Assembly: GCA_902562135.1 (NCBI GenBank)
Contig: CACESE010000007.1
Location: forward strand, 1,306 to 65,305
Direction of reading: 5' to 3'
Length of the DNA stretch: 64,000 nucleotides
Source: an uncultured SAR86 cluster bacterium
Lineage (GTDB): Bacteria > Pseudomonadota > Gammaproteobacteria > Magnimaribacterales > AG-339-G14
Shown piece after piece: positions 8,486 to 18,678 of this stretch. The notes below the pieces were generated by a model that searched no databases, was not told where the DNA came from, and was given only the letters and a program-made list of their open reading frames with translations. Within the stretch, counting starts at the first letter, position 1. Every line of letters starts with the position of its first letter. A program made the position numbers and the translations under genes.

Positions 8486-9385
8486 TTAAGACTTCATGAA
8501 GCCTTTCATAAACTCTGGCACCACATTTGCTCTCGAGTGATCAGAAACTCTTACGCATTTATTTTCCATTGTGCCAAGCCCTTCGATTGTAGAGGTTAAA
8601 ACATCTCCGTCCTGAAGAAATTTTCCAGAAGCTATGCCAACACCGCTAGGCGTCCCAGTCCAAATTGTGTCTCCTACTTTTAGAGAAACGATTTCTGATA
8701 AATAAGAAATAATTGCTGAAATATCAAAAATTAGATCACTAGTATTACTCTTTTGAACTATATTCCCATTCAATTTACATTCGATATCTAAACTTTCTGG
8801 ATTTTTAACTAGGTCAAGAGAAACTAATGCAGGTCCCATTGGACCATATGTATCAAAAGATTTTCCTAGGTTAAACATCGCGGGAGTTGTAGCAAATTGA
8901 GCAGGTCGGTCTGAGATGTCTTGTCCAACACATAGTCCAGCGACGTGATCAAGGGCATTTTCTTTAGGAATGTTTTTTCCGTCTTTGCCGATTACTGCAA
9001 CTAGTTCAACTTCCCAGTCTACGTAGTCACTTCTCATTTCAACATTTGCTTTCGGGCCGACGAAACAAGAAGTATGTTTAGTAAAAATCATTGGGACCTC
9101 AGGAATATCCATTCCACTTTCTTCAGCATGCTTTCTGTAATTAAGTCCTACTGCGTAACAATTAGGACTAGTTGGAACAGGATTTCCAAGTTCTACATCT
9201 GATAAATTTCCTGTAGCGTTCTTTTCATCTAAAGATTCAAAAAGCTCGCTTAGTTTAGATTGAAACTTTAGCGCCTCAACAGAATCAGAACTAATCGCTC
9301 CATTTGATAGAGTTGCAATATCATAGTAAGAATTTTCTTTAATCAAGACTGCCTTGCCATCTACTGTTCCTAATTTATAACCCAT
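8486..9385 (-). CDS. fumarylacetoacetate hydrolase (FAH) family protein
   Basis: 'GLNYRKHAEE', 'WEVELVAVIGK' and 'GDTIWTGTPSGVG' match the FAH-fold core. Confidence 0.85.
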   Translation of the reverse strand: MGYKLGTVDGKAVLIKENSYYDIATLSNGAISSDSVEALKFQSKLSELFESLDEKNATGNLSDVELGNPVPTSPNCYAVGLNYRKHAEESGMDIPEVPMIFTKHTSCFVGPKANVEMRSDYVDWEVELVAVIGKDGKNIPKENALDHVAGLCVGQDISDRPAQFATTPAMFNLGKSFDTYGPMGPALVSLDLVKNPESLDIECKLNGNIVQKSNTSDLIFDISAIISYLSEIVSLKVGDTIWTGTPSGVGIASGKFLQDGDVLTSTIEGLGTMENKCVRVSDHSRANVVPEFMKGFMKS

Positions 9386-9554
9386 TTACACACCTCTTTG
9401 TTCGTAATTTTTGTGAGACTATATGATCTCGGAAAAGGCTTAGACATGAAGAAAAAACCTTCAACTTATATTTAAGCATACTTTTATTATTCTAGATCAA
9501 AACAAAATAATAAATTTTTTGGGCATGCTAAGATATTTTAGAAAATTATTTGAT

Positions 9555-10115
9555 ATGAACGATGCATTACAAAACATCTTATTAAGAAATTCACCGAGAG
9601 AGCTATCAGAACCAATTCCCTCTTCGGAAGAAATGGAGCTAGTCTACAAAGCTGCATTGAGAGCTCCGGATCATGCTTGGCAAAGACCTTCAAGATTTAT
9701 TGAAGTTACTGGCGATGGATTGAAAAAATTATCTTCTATTTTTAAAAAATTCGCTTTAGAAAATATAGAAGAATTAAGTGAAGAAGTACTTGCTAAATAT
9801 GAAGAAGCGCCGTTTAGGGCCCCGATGATTATAATTTTAGTATCAGAAATCAAGGAGCACCCAAAAGTTCCAGAAATAGAGCAAATGTTTTCTACCGCAG
9901 CTGCGGCAGAAAATATTCTTCTTGCTTTGAATTCTTTGGGATACGCAGGAGTTTGGCGAACTGGAAAGTTTGCTTTGGATGATAGAATCTCTAGATATTT
10001 AAATTTACCAGATAACCAGAAGGTAATAGGTTATTTGTATGTTGGAACCGCGACAGGAAAACAAAAAAAAATTCCTCAATTGGAACCTTCTGAGTTTGTC
10101 ACAAAATGGGATTGA
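9555..10115 (+). CDS. nitroreductase family protein (YdjA-like)
   Basis: 'LRNSPRELSEP...LRAPDH' N-terminus typical of YdjA-type NAD(P)H nitroreductases. ATG 9555 is preferred over the track's TTG 9519. Confidence 0.8.
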   Translation: MNDALQNILLRNSPRELSEPIPSSEEMELVYKAALRAPDHAWQRPSRFIEVTGDGLKKLSSIFKKFALENIEELSEEVLAKYEEAPFRAPMIIILVSEIKEHPKVPEIEQMFSTAAAAENILLALNSLGYAGVWRTGKFALDDRISRYLNLPDNQKVIGYLYVGTATGKQKKIPQLEPSEFVTKWD

Positions 10116-10121
10116 AAAAAG

Positions 10122-10832
10122 ATGAATTTTTTAAATATTAAAAAAGAAAATGATTTGTGCTGGGTTTATTTAAACAGACCAGATGCCATGAATGCTCTAA
10201 ACAACGAACTGCTCAGAGAGTTGACCGAATTTAATAATAACCTTAAGAATGATCTTGATACTAAAGTGGTTATATATTCAGGAGAGGGAGAGAATTTTTC
10301 TGCTGGAGCTGATATTAAAGAGAGCATCTCATTTGGATCAAGTCTTGAAGCTTGGCGCTCGAACCTAGGAAAACCAGCAGTTATGTCCTTTCTTGAAATA
10401 AATCAAATAACTATAGCTGCTGTTAATGGCTTTTGTTTAGGGGGAGCTGCCTGTTTTGTTTCAGCTTGCGATTTTAGGATCGCAACAGAAGACGCTTTAC
10501 TAGGATACCCTGAAATTAATTTGGGAATGAATTTAAATTGGTTTGGTCTGCCTTTGGCGCTGAGGTTGGTGGGACCATCTAAGGCAAAAAGACTTGTCAT
10601 AGGTGGGGAAAATGAAACTGCAACCACTCTGCTGAATTGGGGCTTTTACGATGAAGTGTGTAAAAAAGAGCACTTAATTAAGGGAGCAGAAAGAATGGCT
10701 AATTTTTATGCATCAAAATCCGCTCTACCAGCTCAAATGATCAAAAGAAGCGTAAACGCAATCACTTACAATTCTGATTTAGCAGCTATGCATATGGATT
10801 ATGATCAATTTTTATTAACGAGAGAAAAATAA
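10122..10832 (+). CDS. enoyl-CoA hydratase/isomerase (crotonase) family protein
   Basis: 'NRPDAMNAL' and 'FSAGADIKE' crotonase signatures. Confidence 0.85.
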   Translation: MNFLNIKKENDLCWVYLNRPDAMNALNNELLRELTEFNNNLKNDLDTKVVIYSGEGENFSAGADIKESISFGSSLEAWRSNLGKPAVMSFLEINQITIAAVNGFCLGGAACFVSACDFRIATEDALLGYPEINLGMNLNWFGLPLALRLVGPSKAKRLVIGGENETATTLLNWGFYDEVCKKEHLIKGAERMANFYASKSALPAQMIKRSVNAITYNSDLAAMHMDYDQFLLTREK

Positions 10833-10833
10833 A

Positions 10834-11796
10834 TTGGATATATTTTTTTTAATTTTAACCTCATTCTCCGCGGCAATATTAATTACATATTTTTATTTTT
10901 TATCAAAATTAAAAAACCCTGAGACAATCAAAATTCCTGAGGAAGGAAATCTCGCAGATTTAAAAAATGGAAAACTTTATTATCGTTGGTTTTTACCCAA
11001 GGAAGAAAATGGCGAAATTCTAGTCTTAGTGCATGGATTTTCAACCCCAAGCGTGGTTTGGGAGGGAGTTATTCCTTTTTTGGTAGAAAATGGTTACAAA
11101 GTTTTGGTTTATGATCATTACGGTAGAGGCTTCTCCTCTCGCCCAAAAGTTAAATACACAAAAAGTTTATATGTAGACTCCCTAAATGAATTAATAGAGA
11201 ACCAAAAAATAGAGGAGAAAGTAAACTTAGTTGGTTATTCGATGGGCGGACCTATTGTTGCTGGTTTTTCAGAAAAATTTACTTCAAAAGTAAAGTCGGT
11301 GAGCTTTATTGCTCCAGCTGGATATATGAGCCTGCATGTTTCTTGGTATCAAAAGCTTTTTTACCAAATACTTACATTTCCTTTAATAAGTCAATTCATT
11401 GGTGTTGTCGCCCCTTCTATTTTTTACGGCGGAAATTCCACATTAATTTTATCGACTGAAGAGGATGAAAATCATGTTCCTCAGAATAGATTGAATGAAA
11501 TTTATAGTGAACAAATGAGTTATGAAGGCTTTACTAGATCGTTATTATCAACAATTAAAAACTTCAATTTATTTAGAGACAAAAGTAGTTTTAAAGGAAT
11601 AGGAAAATTAGATTTGCCTTGTTCTGTAATTTGGGGGACAAGTGACGAAACCGTGCCTTTTGAAGGCCATAAAGAAATGCAGAAGGACGTTGAAAACCTT
11701 TTCAGCACTGTAGTTGAAAATGCATATCATGATATTACTTATTCAATGCCTACTAAAGTGGCTCGCCATTTGTTAAATTTTTTAAAACAAATATGA
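10834..11796 (+). CDS. alpha/beta hydrolase with N-terminal TM anchor
   Basis: HGF oxyanion region (LVLVHGFSTP) and nucleophile elbow GYSMGG. Confidence 0.8.
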   Translation: MDIFFLILTSFSAAILITYFYFLSKLKNPETIKIPEEGNLADLKNGKLYYRWFLPKEENGEILVLVHGFSTPSVVWEGVIPFLVENGYKVLVYDHYGRGFSSRPKVKYTKSLYVDSLNELIENQKIEEKVNLVGYSMGGPIVAGFSEKFTSKVKSVSFIAPAGYMSLHVSWYQKLFYQILTFPLISQFIGVVAPSIFYGGNSTLILSTEEDENHVPQNRLNEIYSEQMSYEGFTRSLLSTIKNFNLFRDKSSFKGIGKLDLPCSVIWGTSDETVPFEGHKEMQKDVENLFSTVVENAYHDITYSMPTKVARHLLNFLKQI

Positions 11797-12623
11797 GATT
11801 TGTATTTATTTCTTTTTTATATTTTCTATGTTTTTCATCTTTTATCCATTCAGTTGAATTGGAAGAATTAAGTTACGGAGATCACGTTAAACAAAAAATA
11901 GATTTTTATCCAGGAAGCTCTGACAAAGTTTTGGTTTGGATTCATGGCGGAGGATGGATATTTAGCGGCAAAAGAGAAACAAGATGGATTAGACGACTTG
12001 AAAGGTATTTTAAAGTTAATGAAGAATTAAATATTTTTTCTATTGGTTATCGTTATGGAAGAAATACTGCACCTCAAGCTGCAGATGATACTCTTTGCGC
12101 TTATCAATTGATTTCTGAAGAAATAAAAAAAAGAGGTCTGTCAGAAGATGATGTAACGCTGATGGGTTTGAGCGCTGGCGGACACTTAGCGCTGTTGACC
12201 GGTTTTAAAAACTCCGAAGATTCTAATTTTTCCTGCAAGGCATCTATTGTGCCAAAGGCTATTATTAATTTTTTTGGAATTGTAGATATAGAAAAAAATT
12301 TTAATTTTTTAAAAGAAAACAGACCTTTTTTAAACTACATCAATATTTGGATACCGCCTGATAAAACAATCAAAGAGATCTCAAAAGAATATTCCCCAAT
12401 AGAAATCGTACATGATCAAGTCCCAAAAGTAGTTACAGTGCATGGAACTGATGATACTTTAGTCCCATACTCTCAAGCATTACTTTTAGATGAAACTTTA
12501 AAACAAAATCACTTACTCATCACAGTTGAAGGTGGGGATCACTGGCGTTTTACTGATAGGGAGCATACAGAGATTAAAAAACAAATTGATGCATTTATGA
12601 TAAATGACGTTTGGATTAATTAA
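11793..12623 (+). CDS. secreted alpha/beta hydrolase (esterase/lipase, HGGG type)
   Basis: Signal peptide, 'WIHGGGW' oxyanion motif and 'GLSAGG' nucleophile elbow. ATGA overlap with the upstream gene. Confidence 0.8.
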   Translation: MRFVFISFLYFLCFSSFIHSVELEELSYGDHVKQKIDFYPGSSDKVLVWIHGGGWIFSGKRETRWIRRLERYFKVNEELNIFSIGYRYGRNTAPQAADDTLCAYQLISEEIKKRGLSEDDVTLMGLSAGGHLALLTGFKNSEDSNFSCKASIVPKAIINFFGIVDIEKNFNFLKENRPFLNYINIWIPPDKTIKEISKEYSPIEIVHDQVPKVVTVHGTDDTLVPYSQALLLDETLKQNHLLITVEGGDHWRFTDREHTEIKKQIDAFMINDVWIN

Positions 12624-12866
12624 ATGAGTTATTGGAAAGCTAACTTACTTATTTTATCGATTATTTTATCGATTTGGTTTCTTGTCTCTTTTGGATTTGG
12701 AATTATATGGTCTGAAAGCCTTGATGCGCTTTCAATCGGAGGTTTTAAATTAGGTTTTTGGTTTGCTCAGCAAGGCAGTATTTACGTATTTGTTGTTTTA
12801 ATATTTGTCTATGTGAATCTAATGAATCGTTTGGACAAAAAATTTAACTCTAAAGATAAAGATTAA
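12624..12866 (+). CDS. DUF4212 small membrane subunit of a sodium:solute symporter
   Basis: 80 aa with 2 TM segments, immediately upstream of and overlapping (TAATG) an SSS permease. This is the known two-gene arrangement. Confidence 0.75.
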   Translation: MSYWKANLLILSIILSIWFLVSFGFGIIWSESLDALSIGGFKLGFWFAQQGSIYVFVVLIFVYVNLMNRLDKKFNSKDKD

Positions 12867-14614
12867 TGAATGCCCAACTTCTTACATTTATTTTTGTTGG
12901 AATTTCTTTTTCTTTATACATAGGCATAGCAATTTGGTCGCGCGCTAAATCAACTAGTGATTTTTATATCGCCGATAAAGGGGTCAATCCAATTGCAAAC
13001 GGAATGGCGACGGCCGCGGATTGGATGTCTGCAGCGTCTTTTATATCTATGGCTGGAATTATTTCTTTTTTGGGTAAAGACGGTTCGGTTTATTTGATGG
13101 GATGGACAGGCGGTTATGTGTTACTTGCATTATTGCTGGCTCCTTATTTAAGAAAATTTGGTCAATACACAGTACCAGATTTTATTGGTACTAGATATTA
13201 TTCTGACGCAGCACGATTGGTAGCAGTTTTATGTTTAATTTTTATTTCTTTCACATACATAGCCGGACAGATGAGAGGAGTTGGTATTGTTTTTTCAAGA
13301 TTTTTGGAAGTGGATATAGATCTTGGAGTCGTTATTGGTATGGCTATTGTTTTTTTCTATGCAGTTTTAGGAGGTATGAAAGGAATTACTTATACTCAAG
13401 TCGCTCAATATTGTGTTCTTATTTTTGCATATTTGGTTCCTGCAATTTTTATTTCAATTTTGATTACGAACAACCCAATTCCACAGCTTGGCTTTGGAGG
13501 CCAAGTTTCTGGTTCTTCTGTTTATTTGCTTGATAAATTAGATCAGCTAAATATTGAATTAGGTTTTAATGAATACACATCAAATACAAAAAGTAATATT
13601 GACGTCTTTTTTATAACTGCCGCATTAATGTTTGGAACTGCAGGTTTACCTCATGTAATAGTAAGATTTTTTACCGTTCCTAAAGTAAGTGATGCAAGAA
13701 AATCTGCTGGATATGCTTTAATTTTTATAGCGCTTCTATATACCACAGCTCCTGCGGTTTCAGCTTTTGCCAGAGTAAATTTCATTGAATCTGTCCAGGA
13801 AGTTGAATATGAAGATGCTCCGGGGTGGTTTAAAAATTGGGAGCAAATTGGTCTTATTGCCTGGAAAGATAAAAATGAAGACGGAAAGATAAATTATTCT
13901 GCTGGAGAGGCTTTAGAAGGGGTGAAACCCAAATTTAGTAACTCGATAGGAGTGTATGGCGAAAGAGAGGTAACTAATGAGCCAAATTTACAAAACTCAA
14001 ATGAAATTTATATCGATAGAGACATTATGGTGCTTGCTAATCCAGAAATAGCAAAACTACCAAATTGGGTGATCGCATTAGTTGCTGCTGGAGCCCTAGC
14101 GGCTGCTTTATCAACTGCGGCAGGATTGCTTTTAGTCATTTCTGCATCCATCTCACATGATTTGATGAAAAAAACTTTAATGCCAAATATTACTGAAAAA
14201 CAAGAACTATTATTTGCTCGTATTGCAGCAGCAGTTGCGATAATTGTTGCAGGCTTGTTTGGAATTTATCCACCTGGGTTTGTTGCTCAAGTTGTCGCTT
14301 TTGCTTTTGGTTTGGCAGCTTCCACGATATTTCCTGTATTGTTTTTGGGAATCTTTTACAAGAGACTAAATAAAGAGGGCGCGATTGCAGGCATGCTTTC
14401 AGGTTTAATAGTCACCTCGGGCTATATAATATTTTTTAAATTTATAAATCCAGAGCTAAATTCGTCTGAAAACTGGCTATTTGGGATATCTCCAGAGGGT
14501 TTTGGCTTTTTTGGAATGTTTATTAACTTTGGTGTTGCCTTATTTGTCTCATTCATCTTTAAAGCGCCCCCAAAAAAAGTCTATGAGTTAATTGATGAAA
14601 TCAGAAAACCTTAG
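12866..14614 (+). CDS. sodium:solute symporter (SSS) family permease, VC_2705 / ActP-like
   Basis: 582 aa, about 13 TM segments. 'GMATAADWMSAASFISMAG' and 'GLPHVIVRFFT' are SSS family motifs. Confidence 0.9.
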   Translation: MNAQLLTFIFVGISFSLYIGIAIWSRAKSTSDFYIADKGVNPIANGMATAADWMSAASFISMAGIISFLGKDGSVYLMGWTGGYVLLALLLAPYLRKFGQYTVPDFIGTRYYSDAARLVAVLCLIFISFTYIAGQMRGVGIVFSRFLEVDIDLGVVIGMAIVFFYAVLGGMKGITYTQVAQYCVLIFAYLVPAIFISILITNNPIPQLGFGGQVSGSSVYLLDKLDQLNIELGFNEYTSNTKSNIDVFFITAALMFGTAGLPHVIVRFFTVPKVSDARKSAGYALIFIALLYTTAPAVSAFARVNFIESVQEVEYEDAPGWFKNWEQIGLIAWKDKNEDGKINYSAGEALEGVKPKFSNSIGVYGEREVTNEPNLQNSNEIYIDRDIMVLANPEIAKLPNWVIALVAAGALAAALSTAAGLLLVISASISHDLMKKTLMPNITEKQELLFARIAAAVAIIVAGLFGIYPPGFVAQVVAFAFGLAASTIFPVLFLGIFYKRLNKEGAIAGMLSGLIVTSGYIIFFKFINPELNSSENWLFGISPEGFGFFGMFINFGVALFVSFIFKAPPKKVYELIDEIRKP

Positions 14615-14616
14615 TT

Positions 14617-15306
14617 TTATTTGAATTTTTTACGCATATTTCTAACAGCATCCATACCAAAAACTGGTTTTTTTCCTTCAGGAACAGTATTGCCTTTTCG
14701 AATAAGCTCTTCAAAAGAGGCGCCGTCTTTAAATAGCTGATACAAAATTTCAACATCCATATTCGTTCCTATAGGTTCATCGGAAAAGTCTGGAGCAATA
14801 TTTTTTTTAAACTCTTCAGCTGAATGAAAATGTTCAAAAAATATTTCTACTAAATTTCCGTCAGGATCTTTGTAATACATCCCAGTAATCCAACCGTGAT
14901 TTATAGTCCAATAAGGTAGCAAGCCTTTTTCCTTTGCTGAAAAATAAAAATCAAACCATTTTTCAATTGGATTTAATTTATAAGAAATATGATCTAATCC
15001 GACAATAGAGGGAATTGAAGTATTTAACCAATTCTTAAGTTTCATCAATTGTTTTGGAATAAAGCTTAAACCCTTAAAGACAGGATAGGTGTTTGCTATA
15101 GCGACTCTATGATGTTCTTCGTCAAAAGCTAAAAAGGTAAGCTCGTTACTTTCATATAAAGGCTCGCAACCAAATAATTTTGAATAAAATTCAATCATAA
15201 GCTCGTAGTTCATTGTTTTGAAAGCTACATGATGAAATTCATCAGGAGCGTCAGAGGATTTTAAATTCTGATAAATATCTAGATTTAATTTTTTTTTAAC
15301 CTTCAT
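14617..15306 (-). CDS. VOC (glyoxalase / extradiol dioxygenase-like) family protein
   Basis: 'FHHVAFKT' and 'GLDHISYK ... DPDGNLVEIF' paired beta-alpha-beta-beta-beta motifs. Confidence 0.7.
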   Translation of the reverse strand: MKVKKKLNLDIYQNLKSSDAPDEFHHVAFKTMNYELMIEFYSKLFGCEPLYESNELTFLAFDEEHHRVAIANTYPVFKGLSFIPKQLMKLKNWLNTSIPSIVGLDHISYKLNPIEKWFDFYFSAKEKGLLPYWTINHGWITGMYYKDPDGNLVEIFFEHFHSAEEFKKNIAPDFSDEPIGTNMDVEILYQLFKDGASFEELIRKGNTVPEGKKPVFGMDAVRNMRKKFK

Positions 15307-15379
15307 AATAAAATTCTAACCTATAAACAAAATAGCTTGGTTATTTTGTTGGTCACTTTTTTAAGAATATAATTTACTC

Positions 15380-16228
15380 ATGACATCTTTAACTGTAAAT
15401 GAAGTTTATGCGATTGGCGCGCCTATTATTCTCGCATTAATCTTAGTTGAGGTTGTTATTTCGAACGTAAAAAATAAAGCCCTATACAAGCAAGGCGATA
15501 CCTTATGCACTACTGGGTTATTAACTGGAAATATACTAATGAGCTTTGCTGTGAAAGGAGGAGTTTTAGCCTTTCACATTTTTTTATATAACTTTAGGAT
15601 TATTGATTTGGCTAGCCTTATACCTCTTTGGGCAATGTGGATACTTTCTTTTATTTTCATAGATTTGATTTTCTACATTTATCATCGCTTATCCCACAGA
15701 GTAAGATTTTTGTGGGCCGTCCATATGAGTCACCATTCTAGTGAGGAAATGAATTTTGCAGTTTCTTTTAGACAAGCTTGGTTTGGACCTATCTCAAAAG
15801 TACCCTTCTTTATGATCATGCCTATTTTAGGCTTTGACCCAACAATTATTGCAGTCGCCGGAGTAGTTAGCACGCTTTGGGGTGTGGTTGGGCACACCCA
15901 AATAATTGGCAAATTAGGACTACTTGAATACATTTTTAATACTCCTTCTCATCATAGAGTACATCACGGATCTAATCCCGAATATATTGACAAAAATTAT
16001 GGAAATTTATTGATTATCTGGGACAAAATGTTTGGAACTTTTGAGCCAGAACGAAAACCAGTGACCTTTGGTTTGGTAAACAATGTAAATACTTTTAATC
16101 CATTCAAAATAACTTTTATGGGGTGGATCTCAATGGTTAAAGATATGAAAAATTCTAGAAGTTATTTAGATGCTCTGAGAATTTTTTTCGGGCCTCCAAA
16201 TACTAAAGTAAGAAGCGGCTCTTTTTAA
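15380..16228 (+). CDS. fatty acid hydroxylase / sterol desaturase family membrane di-iron enzyme
   Basis: Three His boxes: HRLSH, HMSHH and HHRVHH. Confidence 0.85.
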   Translation: MTSLTVNEVYAIGAPIILALILVEVVISNVKNKALYKQGDTLCTTGLLTGNILMSFAVKGGVLAFHIFLYNFRIIDLASLIPLWAMWILSFIFIDLIFYIYHRLSHRVRFLWAVHMSHHSSEEMNFAVSFRQAWFGPISKVPFFMIMPILGFDPTIIAVAGVVSTLWGVVGHTQIIGKLGLLEYIFNTPSHHRVHHGSNPEYIDKNYGNLLIIWDKMFGTFEPERKPVTFGLVNNVNTFNPFKITFMGWISMVKDMKNSRSYLDALRIFFGPPNTKVRSGSF

Positions 16229-16234
16229 AATTCA

Positions 16235-16984
16235 TTAATCTAGAATTATTTTTACTCCACCTATAGTAATTTCGTCGTTTATTAAAAGACCTTTTAATTT
16301 GGCATTTTCGATAATTTTCTCGCGATTCAGAACTTTAATTATAAATGCATGAATCCCATCCTCTTTAGAGTTTTTGTCATTTACAAAACTTATATTTGAT
16401 TGATCCAATGAAATATTGAATATCTCACCTGGATCTCTTTTTTTCCCAAGGGCTAACTCCCACTGAGAACATAATTTATCGGGGTCTCTAGATTTAAGAA
16501 TAACTCCTGAAATGGAATCAACTATAGATTTGTTGATATGTTTTTTCCAGTTAGTGCCTGCCCATAGCCACTCATCTTCAGGAATCATTTTATCCAAAGA
16601 CAATATAGCCCCACCAACTTGCTTGGGATGAAGATGTATTGTTCGCGCGTGAATATTTTCTTCCTTGCGATCGCCATTCCAAATTATTTTTATTTCTGAA
16701 TTTTTAATTCTTTCGTTTTCTTTTTCAAAATTTTCAACATCGACAATTATCATATAACCACCTTCACCACCGGTTTTGTTGAAAAATCTTTCTGCTGTGG
16801 TATTTTCTTGAACTGGCATAACGATTTCAAAGAAAGTATCGTTTAAAGGAATCAAAACATTCTCTAATCCGAAGTTAATCAAACCAGGATCGTTGTAAGC
16901 TTCTTTTAACTCAAGAACATCACAAATTTCTTTTGCAAGCCTATCTCTTTCTTTCGATACAAATACTAACTGTCTTAATCTCAT
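16235..16984 (-). CDS. glyoxalase-like (VOC) domain protein
   Basis: 249-aa ORF. The N-terminal 'LRQLVFVS ... FFEIVMPV' resembles a glyoxalase-like domain. Weak call. Confidence 0.45.
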   Translation of the reverse strand: MRLRQLVFVSKERDRLAKEICDVLELKEAYNDPGLINFGLENVLIPLNDTFFEIVMPVQENTTAERFFNKTGGEGGYMIIVDVENFEKENERIKNSEIKIIWNGDRKEENIHARTIHLHPKQVGGAILSLDKMIPEDEWLWAGTNWKKHINKSIVDSISGVILKSRDPDKLCSQWELALGKKRDPGEIFNISLDQSNISFVNDKNSKEDGIHAFIIKVLNREKIIENAKLKGLLINDEITIGGVKIILD

Positions 16985-17025
16985 AATATTTGTAGAATAA
17001 CAAATAAAAAACTAGTGAGGAATAA

Positions 17026-17847
17026 ATGAAAAATTTAGATACTGGAACAGAGCACTTAATGGCGAAAATTGAAAATAACGTTGGTTATTTAATTATGAAT
17101 CGACCTGAAGCAAGAAACGCTATGTCTTCTGAAATGAATGTAGCTTTGCAAGAAAAAATCGCAGAGTTTGAGTTAGATGAAGAAGTCAGATGTATTGTTT
17201 TAACTGGGGCTGGTAATGCATTTTGTGCCGGTGGAGACGTGAAAGGCATGAACGCTAAAAACGCAGGAGATGGCGAAACAGTCACGATTGACAAGGCTAT
17301 TCATCGACAAAGAGATAATCAACGCGGCACCTCTGGCAAGTTATATAAAATGCCTAAGCCTACTCTTGCTTCACTTTCAGGAGCTGCTGCAGGAGCGGGA
17401 TTGTCTTATGCACTGTCATGTGATTTGAGGATTATGTCGTCGGCTGCTTTCATGACCACTGCTTTTGCAAAAGTAGGATTTTCTGGAGATTATGGAGGCT
17501 CATACTTTATGACCCAACTAATAGGTTCAGCGAAAGCAAGAGAATTGTATTTTCTATCAGATCGAGTTTCAGCAGAAGAGGCTTTGAATCTTGGACTAAC
17601 AAATTGGGTTGTTGATGCAGAAGATTTAGAGGCTAAAACAAGAGAAATTGCAGAACAACTGGCTTCTGGTCCGTCAGTAGCATATCGATACATGAAAGAG
17701 AATCTAAATAGGGCGACTAATGGTGACGTGGATGACTGCTTAGATTTAGAGGCAACTCATCACGTCCATTGTGGGCAAACTGTCGACCATAAAAATGCAG
17801 TAAAGGCTTTTGTAGAGAAAAAGCAACCTTCTTTTTCGGGTAAATAA
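17026..17847 (+). CDS. enoyl-CoA hydratase/isomerase family protein
   Basis: 'NRPEARNAM' and 'FCAGGDVKG' crotonase signatures. Confidence 0.85.
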   Translation: MKNLDTGTEHLMAKIENNVGYLIMNRPEARNAMSSEMNVALQEKIAEFELDEEVRCIVLTGAGNAFCAGGDVKGMNAKNAGDGETVTIDKAIHRQRDNQRGTSGKLYKMPKPTLASLSGAAAGAGLSYALSCDLRIMSSAAFMTTAFAKVGFSGDYGGSYFMTQLIGSAKARELYFLSDRVSAEEALNLGLTNWVVDAEDLEAKTREIAEQLASGPSVAYRYMKENLNRATNGDVDDCLDLEATHHVHCGQTVDHKNAVKAFVEKKQPSFSGK

Positions 17848-17898
17848 ATAACTTTTTAATGAGGTAAAAATGTTTTTAGGAATAAATAGATTTAAAAT

Positions 17899-18285
17899 AT
17901 GAATTCTCTTTTAATTTTATTGTCAGGGATAATTTCTGGAATGATTATATTTCAATCAGCCCTTGTCGCGCCTACAATTTTTAATATATTGTCTGAAGAA
18001 CAAGCCGGTCCTTTTTTACGAAAGATCTTTCCTAAACTATTTTTGACAATAACTTTCTTGGGAATTTTTTCCTTTGTTATAGCTATATTTAATGAAAAGC
18101 TTTTAATTACCCTGATTCCATTGACCACAGCTATCTTGATGACTATTTGTTACTTATTAGTACCAATGACAAACAGAGCAAGGGACGACGATAATTCGAA
18201 ACTATTTAGTAGATTGCATTTTGTGAGTGTTTCATTGACCGTTATCGTATTGCTTGCAAATATTTCATTAGTTTTTTTAATTTAG
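17899..18285 (+). CDS. DUF4149 (TMEM205-like) membrane protein
   Basis: 128 aa with 4 TM segments and an N-terminal 'FQSALVAPTIF' pattern. Confidence 0.55.
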   Translation: MNSLLILLSGIISGMIIFQSALVAPTIFNILSEEQAGPFLRKIFPKLFLTITFLGIFSFVIAIFNEKLLITLIPLTTAILMTICYLLVPMTNRARDDDNSKLFSRLHFVSVSLTVIVLLANISLVFLI

Positions 18286-18288
18286 TAG

Positions 18289-18657
18289 ATGCAACAGTTT
18301 AATATTTTCGATGAGCCTTTAGACGAATGTTGTTCGAACCCCATCACGGGTTTTTATAGGGATGGTTTCTGTCATACGGATGATTTAGATCGAGGAATTC
18401 ATGTAGTCTGCGCAGAAATGTCTGAAGAATTTTTGAATTTTTCAAAATCTCGAGGCAATGATTTATCAACGCCAAGAGCAGAATATAATTTTCCTGGTCT
18501 GAAGTCTGGAGATCATTGGTGTATTTGCGCAGAAAGATGGAAAGAAGCATATGATTGTGGCAAAGCTCCTAAACTTTTTCTTAAAAAAAGTAATAAGAAA
18601 GCTTTAACAATTATAAAAATTGAAATTTTAAAAAAGTTTTCTCTTGATCTTTCATAA
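18289..18657 (+). CDS. DUF2237 family protein
   Basis: 'PLDECCSNPITGFYRDGFCHT ... HVVCA ... WCICAERW' is the conserved Cys pattern of DUF2237. Confidence 0.75.
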   Translation: MQQFNIFDEPLDECCSNPITGFYRDGFCHTDDLDRGIHVVCAEMSEEFLNFSKSRGNDLSTPRAEYNFPGLKSGDHWCICAERWKEAYDCGKAPKLFLKKSNKKALTIIKIEILKKFSLDLS

Positions 18658-18678
18658 AAATCACTAAAATATTGTCTT

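Noticed and set aside
13231-13533. 100-aa same-strand alternative-frame ORF inside the SSS permease. Similar short internal or antisense ORFs occur at 2803-3069, 33754-34065, 36897-37157, 43274-43564, 45293-45565 and elsewhere.
   Set aside because: All are nested in longer ORFs with recognisable family motifs. None has its own start context or a recognisable domain.
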